64,000 bases of DNA from Octopus vulgaris (Eukaryota): the NCBI GenBank assembly GCA_951406725.2, contig OX597825.1, positions 41,106,001 to 41,170,000 of the forward strand, in the 5' to 3' direction. Positions 55,532-64,000 of this stretch are shown in pieces. Within the stretch, counting starts at the first letter, position 1; each line of letters opens with the position of its first letter. The notes under the pieces are model-generated. The model saw only the letters and a list, made by a program, of their open reading frames with translations, was not told where the DNA came from and did no database searches. A program made the translations under genes and the position numbers.

Positions 55532-58500
55532 ATATATATATATATATATACATATATATATACATGTATACACACACATATGTGTACATGCATATGCATG
55601 TGTATAATATATATATATTCTTTTACTTTTTCAGTCATTTAACTGTGGCCATGCTGGAATACTGCCTTTCCTCAAGCAAATCGACCCCAGGACTTATTCT
55701 TTGTAAACTCAGTACTTATTCTATCAGTCTCTTTTGACAAACCACTAAATTACAGGGACATAAACACACTATCATTGGTTGTCAAGTGATGTTGAGGTGA
55801 ACACAGACACACAACATACACAAACACACACATATATATATATATACGAAGGCTTCCTTCAGTTTCTGTCCACCAAATCCACTCACAAGGCTTTGGTCGT
55901 CCCAAGGTTTTAGTAGAAGGCACTTGTCGAAGATGCCATGCAGTGAGACTTAACCCAGAACCATGTGGTTGGTAAGCAAGCTACTTACTGCATAGCTACT
56001 CCTGTGCCTCTCTCTATATATATAGTAAGAGGAGGGATGTAATATCCAGGCAGATACTGAATTTCTTTATGTAAAATGCCAAGTCTGGTTCCTTACTGTG
56101 TTGATCTTCTATCCAGTTTCGATCTATCACATTTCACTTAAATTACTTTATTCAAGCCAAAACCTTAGCAGAAAGTAGGTCCCTTGGGTGCTATACTATC
56201 CATTGGACCCATCTAAATGTGATTTGAATTTTTTAATCATTCAAACCAGCCTGCACAATTTGTTGTTGCTGTTTACCATTAGATCATCCCTGACTGAACA
56301 GACCTATAATTGAAAGTGAACCAGCTAAAACCCTTTCATCTTATATGTCTAGGACTACATTATATAATGTGTCATTCTATAGTTAAAAGAGTATGGTGTG
56401 ATTTGAGGGAGGTTTGGCTTCCGTTTCTGATAGGACATATAAGTTAGTTGCTTCAAGTCAAGTTAGTTGACTAGCCATATATAAGTAATTTCTGCATATG
56501 CAACATACTATAGCATACACAAAATGAGTCATGTAGAATATATGTATCATTACATTTAATATCCCGTACTGCATTAAGGCAATGAGCTGGCAGAATCATT
56601 GTCTTTACATTCTGAGTTTAAATTCTGCTATGGCTGACTTTGCCTTTCAACTTTTCTGGGTCAATAAAATAAGTACCAGTTAAGCAGTGGAGTTGATGTA
56701 ATCAACTTAACCCTCCCCCACAAACTTGATGGTCTTGTGCCAAAATTTGAAACCAATATCATGTTCTTTATACAACAAGTGCCAACCAATAATATATTGC
56801 ATGCATAACATGTTTGATGATGCATAATATCATGTACTAAATGCAAACTTGATGTAGAAAGATTTCCAACATGGCTTAAAAATACATTCTTACAGGGTTA
56901 ACTAAGTGATGAATGTTAAGCATCATTCTAAATGACTTAAAGTATTGAACTTCATCCTTCTAGATTCCAATGTTAAATCCCAACCTGTAGAGAGAGACAG
57001 AGTATTTTGATCTAATTGATTATTCCTGCTCAAAATATTGCTGCAACTCAACTCTCTAAAACTAAACATACAATAGTTTTAAACAAAATAATACAATGCG
57101 TAATAGTTTTCCTTTTTTTGTTCAGTGATATATAAAAGTTAACATTCATATTTAATAGATTTCTAAAATTGTCTTTTGATTTGCCAGTGCCAACAAGTTT
57201 TTTCCTTTCTCAGATGTTATTATGCTTGAAATATTGCTTAAAAGTCAATATCATCAAAATGTATATTTCATCATTTTCTATGATTTTGAAGAAAAACTAA
57301 AAATCAAAAAACAAATGAGTCTATGTTCACAGTAAATGGCCATTCTAGTTAATGATTCTTGACATGTACTTGACTTCTGAATAAATGGAGCATATTACCT
57401 TGGAAAGTTTTCATGAAGAACTGAAACTATATCAACAGAAAGCAGAATCCAAACAACGCAAGACTTAAAAAAGCAAGGGAAATTTGATTAGGAAGCCAAA
57501 AAAGAAAAAAAAGAATTTTTGACAAGTGACAAATGTAGCTTAACAGACAATAGAGTATACTTGCAGAACCATGTCTTTCGAGAAATAAAAATATGTACCT
57601 TTGCTTGCATTCATCTTACTTCCAATCACGAACAGAGAACAGGATTCAAAGAACTGTGTTTACTGTCATTTCTTATGATAGAGAGAGCAACTAATGGGTC
57701 TAGGGTGAGACACGAGAAGAAATACTTGTCTCTGCAGTATAAAGAGATATAGATTTGAAATAGTCAATTTATGTCAAAGGATTTGAAATGTGTTGCTGTT
57801 TCATTTTATCCTTCTATTGACTACTTGTTTTCACTTTTATAGAACTATAAAGTATTATTTTGTTAGTGTTTTGAAGTTCTTGCTTGTCATTTCAGCTTGA
57901 TAGTGTTTTTGATGTTCTTTATTCCTTTCCTTTGATTTATTTTGGTTTTGTTTGGCAGCTGCTTTCCTATAGAAGCATATACATTCGATAGTTAGCAAAT
58001 ATGGTCATTGGCTTCAATCTTTGCAGCAGAGATTTTCTTTATGGCTACATGCTATTATTTACTTCTTTCTTTCTTTTTTGAGAGGGAAAAGAGTTAATAA
58101 TTGAAACTGCATTGCTACGGTTTTAATTTTTACTTTTAACTATGTAGCTTGATATAAGTGAAGGGCTATATGCCTTAACTAAGGCAAAAACTGTATATAT
58201 TGCTTGAAATAGGTTTGAATCTAAAAACTTGCAATTAATTAACTCAGACAGTATGACATATGCAAACACTTTATGGAAGTAGTTGGTGCATATATTGTGC
58301 AGTAATAACAGTCAACAAGTGGAAATACATTAATTGTCAACTATGCATAGAGACTAGTGATGAAGCTTCTACATAATTACTTGCTTTTATCATTATATTT
58401 TCTAAGACTGAAGTTCTGAAGAATAGAGGCCATGACAGTAGTAGCCCAAGAGAAAAGACTAAGAGAGAAGAAAGCATATTTGTGAACCAGAGTTTGGAGA

Positions 58501-58645
58501 ATGTTGGCATAACCTGAATAGTCACTGAATGTGAATAGTTAATATATTTAAAGATTACTCTTTAAGCCCCCTAAAACACATGAATCGTCTATCTATCTGT
58601 CTGTCTGTTTGTCTTCCTGCCTGCCTGCATGTCCATGTATGTATG

Positions 58646-58766
<121 letters not shown>

Positions 58767-59540
58767 CTACACATATATACATACACACACAAACATACAT
58801 ACCTGTCTATTTGTCTGTCAATCTATATATTATGTGGGAGTGTTCTATTCATATACGTATGTGTACATATGGTAGGTAGAAATTTATGAACTTAGGTAAT
58901 ACAATTCCAGTTGGTTATCTGAGTGAAATATCTAATCACTGAAAGTAGGCAAAGACTCAGCAGGTAATCAGCATTATTAATTCATATCCATGTGAATTAA
59001 ACAAACAGGAAACATGGCCCTCAAATATACCACACTAAGAAAATGTAGAATATTTTCCAAAAATTACCTGATAAGACTTCTAGATGTTTCAGTAACTATT
59101 TGCTGTGTCAACTGGTATTGAACTAAAATTAGTTACACGTTTAGTTAATCTACATTTAGCAGTTGTTGTTATCATGAGTTATCAATGATGAACAAAGAAC
59201 ACAGAAGTTACTTTTTTATGTCAAAGAAAAATGATCTGTCTCAGGAGACTAGTGAAAGAAACATTCACAGAGATCCTTGATTGATTGAGGATGTCCTCCT
59301 TATGGTGGAAGATCAAGGTAGGAGACAATCATCTCTTCAAGATAGCCAGGAAAGAAGATCATTGGAATTATTTCAAGAAATTCTTAATTGAAATTGAACT
59401 CTTTCTACACAATGAACTACAATGAAAATCTCAGATCTAAAACTCACACTATATTCTCCTTACAGACATCTATAAATTTTTATTAGATGTCTGTAATATT
59501 AGTATTAGTATTAGCCACAGACAGTATCAAAAGGTAATAT

Positions 59541-60187
59541 TTATCCCTACTTAAAAGAGGATGTGTTAGAATACAGGATACTGTGATAATAACCATGAGA
59601 GAACTTCTCATACTGGCTTTAGTTGCATATATGCACTAATGCTAATATTGCTAGCAGGAATATAAATCACCCATAATTGCCACTGCTGAACTATCAGATC
59701 ACATGATTTTGGCCTTTACTGGTCTCATCAATGGTAGGTGCTCAGACACTGGAGATAGCAGCAATATATCTCCTAACAATATACATGGACTCTTAATAGG
59801 CAACAGTGTTGTGAATAGTCATCTATCACTAATAACCATGGTTATTAGTGATAGATGCAGTATTAATACCAAACATTTATATTTCTCCCCACTTTTGGTC
59901 ACTAATAGTTTTTTTTAATAAGCCCACTGGCTCTTCATGATACAATTGCCTATTTTAGCATTGAGATTCTACCTATATCCATAGCAGAGATATTGCTGTT
60001 ATCCTCTATATCTGTGCATCTATCATTAACAAGACCAGAGAAGACTGAATTCATATCATCTGGTAGACTTGGCAGTGATGATGGTGGGTGGGTGTTTATA
60101 TGCAACAAAAGCCAATTTGAAAGTTTCTGTCATGGCAACTATCACAGTATCCTGTGCTCTAATACATCCACTTTTAAATGGGGATGA
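59541..60187. mobile_element. ~650-bp fold-back element with long diverged inverted arms
   Basis: TTAAAAGAGGATGTGTTAGAATACAGGATACTGTGATA pairs with TATCACAGTATCCTGTGCTCTAATACATCCACTTTTAA; pairing continues for ~270 bp. Confidence 0.85.
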
Positions 60188-61309
60188 GTATTATCTTTAC
60201 TTTGTATTATAAATAATACAGTTAATTGACCCTTATGTACTTTGTCTAAAGAGATTCAAACAAAATCAACTTCTAATTATAAATATTAAACTACCAATTG
60301 ATTTTGCACATCCACAGTCTTCACTCCACACTCCAGCCTGCTATGCCAAAATTCTATGAACTACCTCCCGAAAGAATCCTACCTCTCAAAGGCTTTGTTT
60401 CATAAAACCACCCTCACGCTTTCCATTGGTATTAAAAGACAACATGGGCACGACAACCAATGAATTTAAAGGAAGATTCATACAGCACATGTACTCCTTC
60501 AGGTGTGAGGATGGAAAAAAACTCCTGCTACATAATCCATAGTCATAGAACCAACTTCTTCAACATCATAAGGAGCATCCTTTACAGAGGCTCCCCCTTA
60601 CTCACTTGGAGTTTTCAATTGCTAACTGCTTTCAAGAGAAACTGAACATACTCCAGCAACCTGAAATATCGACCAGTAGGAAAACGAACCTATCTTATTG
60701 TTGTCACCCAAGATTTTCACTGTTAATGAACTTCAAATCATTGCCTACTGATAACTCGGACAAACACTCACATACCTAACTGGCTCATCCACAATGAAAG
60801 TGGACATAATCTCTGCTGCTCAAAGAGATTGTGGTCTACTACTATCTTGCTTGTCACAATGATTGACATGCAATTTGCTATCACTAATGTCATTAACAGT
60901 ATCATACTCTAACAGAATGCAGACCAATGGGTGTGGACATCCCATCTGCTCTGCCATGTGGAGGATGAAATCAAAGAACTGATGTTGCTGAAATATCTTA
61001 CGCTACAGATTGCTGACTAGCAGATGCCAACTTCCTGTTTATTCTTCCATGTGAGCCATGCAATGAAAGAACTATAACACTAAGATAAATAAAACAGCTA
61101 TAACTTTCAGTATTTGGGCTGCAGCCATGCTGGAGCACTACTCTGAAGGATTTTAATTAATCAAATCAATCTCAATACTAATTTTCGCTAAAGTCTGGTA
61201 TTCTTTCAAATGGCCTCTTTTGTCGAAATGTTACATTGCGGGGTCATAAACAAGTCAACTCTGATTGTCAAGCAGCGGGGTGAGTTTACAAACACATAGG
61301 CACAGAGGC

Positions 61310-61346
<37 letters not shown>

Positions 61347-61769
61347 TGTATGCATGTATACACATGCACATGTGCACACACATACACACACACTTTTCAT
61401 CTACCAAATCCATTCACAAGGCTTTGGTCAGCCTAAGACAATAACAGAAGACACTTTCTCTAAGTGCCATTCAATGGGATTGAACCTAAAAGTCATGTGC
61501 ATAGGAAGTAGACTTATTAACACATCCATTCCTGCACTTGCAACCTTCTTACGACAAAGCCAAAATACTCTCGTCTTTAAGCCATGGGACAGATGTGAGT
61601 GCAGTGAAGCAAAATTTTTAATGGCCAGATGCTCTTCCTGTTGCCTAAACCCCTTTTGTTTCCAAGTGAAGTAATATTCTCCAAGTGCACCGATCAACAA
61701 ACCATGTACAGACAGGATACCGAATGCACTTTTGCCAAAGGACAAGAAGCCAAAGCCAAGAAGCTGGAT

Positions 61770-63530
61770 TGACACAGTGCTGAATGGACATAAAGCTGAA
61801 CAGACACAATAATAAAAACAAAACATTCCTACCTACGTAGCTTAATGACCAATTCACCAATTGACACTTAAGATTTAACGAAATTAAAAATGGTTCACTA
61901 CTTAATTGCCTTATTTATAAAGTTAATTGTTTTCTTCCCACAGTTTGACCATGGAATTCACTAAAATTGCATGTTGTGACAGAAAGCTCCTTCTTAATGG
62001 ATATACATATATTGTTAATAAAGAAAAAGTTAAGGAAACCACTTACTGGAGATGTAAAGAATGAAAAGTGTGCAATGCTAGAATTAGAACTGGAAGTGAT
62101 ACCAAACATGGAAATGCCTCAAATCAATCACATCCTACAGATAGTGCTCATATTAATGTTTTAAAAGCATTAGATAAAATGAAGACTAGAGCCAAACAGA
62201 CAGAGGTAACATCATCATCATCATCATTGTTTAACATCCGTGACAAGCAGTGTAATTAATAATGTCATGGAAGAGCTGCTTCTCAGCTTTGCTGATTCTC
62301 TGCCTAAAAGAGAAATGCTTGGGAGAATGGTGAGGTGAGCAAGAAAGATTGATGATAGTGAAGACTTGGAAATGGCAATACATGGAGAAAAAGTTTGGCT
62401 TTATGAAACTACTGCTGTTGCTATTTTATTGACAGAAAAATATCTGAAATTATTATCTAGTAAACAAACATGGTTTGGCAATGGCACATTTGATTCTGCT
62501 CTCCTAGGCAAACAGCTGTATACTACACAAATTGTTATTTCAGGGAGCATAACCTTGCCAGTTGTGTATTGGATTGCTAGTAACAAAGAAGAGAAAACAT
62601 AAGGTGAAATGTGTACATTTTTGAAAAGCAAAGATGTTCAGGATCCACATTCAATAACAATTGACTTCAAACAATCAACAATCAGAACTTTACTAATACA
62701 TCTATCTTGTGTGGTTTATTTTATTTTGGGCAATGTTTATGGTGCAATATCCAGTCCTGTAGATTGCAACACTGGTATGTTGAAACCAGTAATGCCCTTT
62801 TCATCAAGCAGTTACAAGCACTTGTCTTTGTCCCACCCACAGGTGTGCAGGAATTATTTTACAAACTGGTGAACTCCTTAGATGCCGAAACTGATGAGTT
62901 ATAAAGGGATTATCTTGTTTATTTTGAAATTACGTGGTTAGGAATAGTCCAGACAGGGAGTTGAAGGAGACCAATTTTTGATGTTGATTTGTGGTCTGTT
63001 TACACTTCGGTTCATGATAATTTTCCAAGAACAAACAATTCTCTTGAAGGCTGGCATCAGGCTTTTAAAAAAAGACTTTACATAACTCATCCCAAAATCA
63101 CCAAACTAAAGGTTATTAGAAATGAGCAGGCATCCAATGAAATTCTAATTGAGCAGGCTACTATTGGGATTGACATATCATGAGCTAACAAAAAATATGA
63201 TACCATTAACGATACGATAAAAACCATTTGTGGTTCTTATAATAAAGAAGGATTGGCATTTCTATTATCTTTGGCTCACAATTTTTAAATACTGTTATTA
63301 ATTTTGTCTTGTACATTTTGATATGTCAATTGTAATAATTTTAAAATAAACATCTGATTACATTATTTTTATATGTTTACATTATAAATCCAGTAAAGAA
63401 ACCTATTTAAAAAGTAGTTTTATATATCTATTTTTTCAACATTTTAGTCTGTCAAATGGTCATACTGTAGGAATGAAATTATCATATATTTTAATTTTCA
63501 GGTATTTTATGTCCATTTGGTATTGTGCTC
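61770..63530 (+). mobile_element. MULE/Mutator transposon relic; FLYWCH + MULE transposase pseudogene at ~61951-63288
   Basis: NGYTY...TTYWRC..C (FLYWCH), WFGNGTF..QLYT, LFYFGQCLW, PRTNNSLEGWH. Diverged TIRs at ~61770-61870 and 63440-63530. Confidence 0.88.
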
Positions 63531-63559
63531 ATGGCTCCATTTCATTGTGAAAATGATTG

Positions 63560-64000
63560 TAGCGTGCTTTGTTTTTCTTGGCTATGGTTAGCTATAATAT
63601 GCAACACAAAATTTTAAAAATCAAGCAATGCCTGTGCCTAAAGTTGTTTTCAGTGTGGGAAGACCTTACTCAGGGTTAATTCCACTCTCTAAACAATTTA
63701 CACACTTAACCACAAAAAAAAGTGTTCTTCATCATTGAATGCAAACAAAGTCGCAAGTGTTACATAAAAGTTTTCCTTCTAGAGTGATGCCTAAACAAAG
63801 ACTATGGGTGGGGGACACTCATTACTTGCTGTTGGATGGCCATTGACTCTACTGAATGCATCTGTCCTTTGACAGGACTTGTTTATTTGTCTGGCAGTAT
63901 GTCCAGCAAAAACCATCTGCTTTACAAATCACGTTTGGTAGGGTTGTTGGTTTAGTTACTGTCAGCCAATCAGGTGACAAAGTTGTATGGAGTAACATTT
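63560..64000 (-). mobile_element. Older homolog of the 16790-17345 leader element, cut by the window edge
   Basis: Collinear similarity, including the L3/P4/CTAA region of the HDV-like motif. Confidence 0.55.

Noticed and set aside
57855-57966. Minus-strand terminal exon KAAAKQNQNKSKERNKEHQK...*
   Set aside because: Better explained as the A-rich complement of a T-rich tract; no partner exon found.
59175-59390. Coding-looking frame (SKKNDLSQETSERNIHRDP*LIEDVLL...)
   Set aside because: In-frame stop, weak splice signals and no recognisable family.
60280-61070. Possible old LINE endonuclease/RT remnants
   Set aside because: Too decayed to read diagnostic motifs by eye.

Overview
AT-rich, microsatellite-saturated animal DNA. 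The repeat repertoire (tRNA-headed SINEs with internal (TA)/(CA) runs, RTE LINEs with (TGA)n tails) looks like an octopus/cephalopod genome; this is inference from recalled repeat families, not a search. No intact host protein-coding gene is recognisable, and nearly all listed ORFs are translated microsatellites or transposon relics. Recognisable elements: two large 5'-truncated RTE LINEs, two Penelope-like (GIY-YIG) elements, several mariner/Tc1 relics, a FLYWCH-MULE relic, a 1 kb L1/Tx1-like insert with a 15-bp TSD, many SINEs, and several fold-back elements. Most notable: (i) self-cleaving ribozyme motifs, namely minimal type I hammerheads from about four unrelated pseudo-LTR families (one with a CUGUNGA core variant) and an HDV-like fold at the 5' end of an RTE-type leader; (ii) a C4HC3 PHD finger inserted inside the RT domain of both RTE copies; (iii) 11031-~13310, a deletion-riddled inverted copy of ~13320-16420 next to the N gap, most likely a long-read fold-back assembly artefact; (iv) speculative + strand micro-exons. 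Coordinates of degraded elements were read by eye and are approximate.
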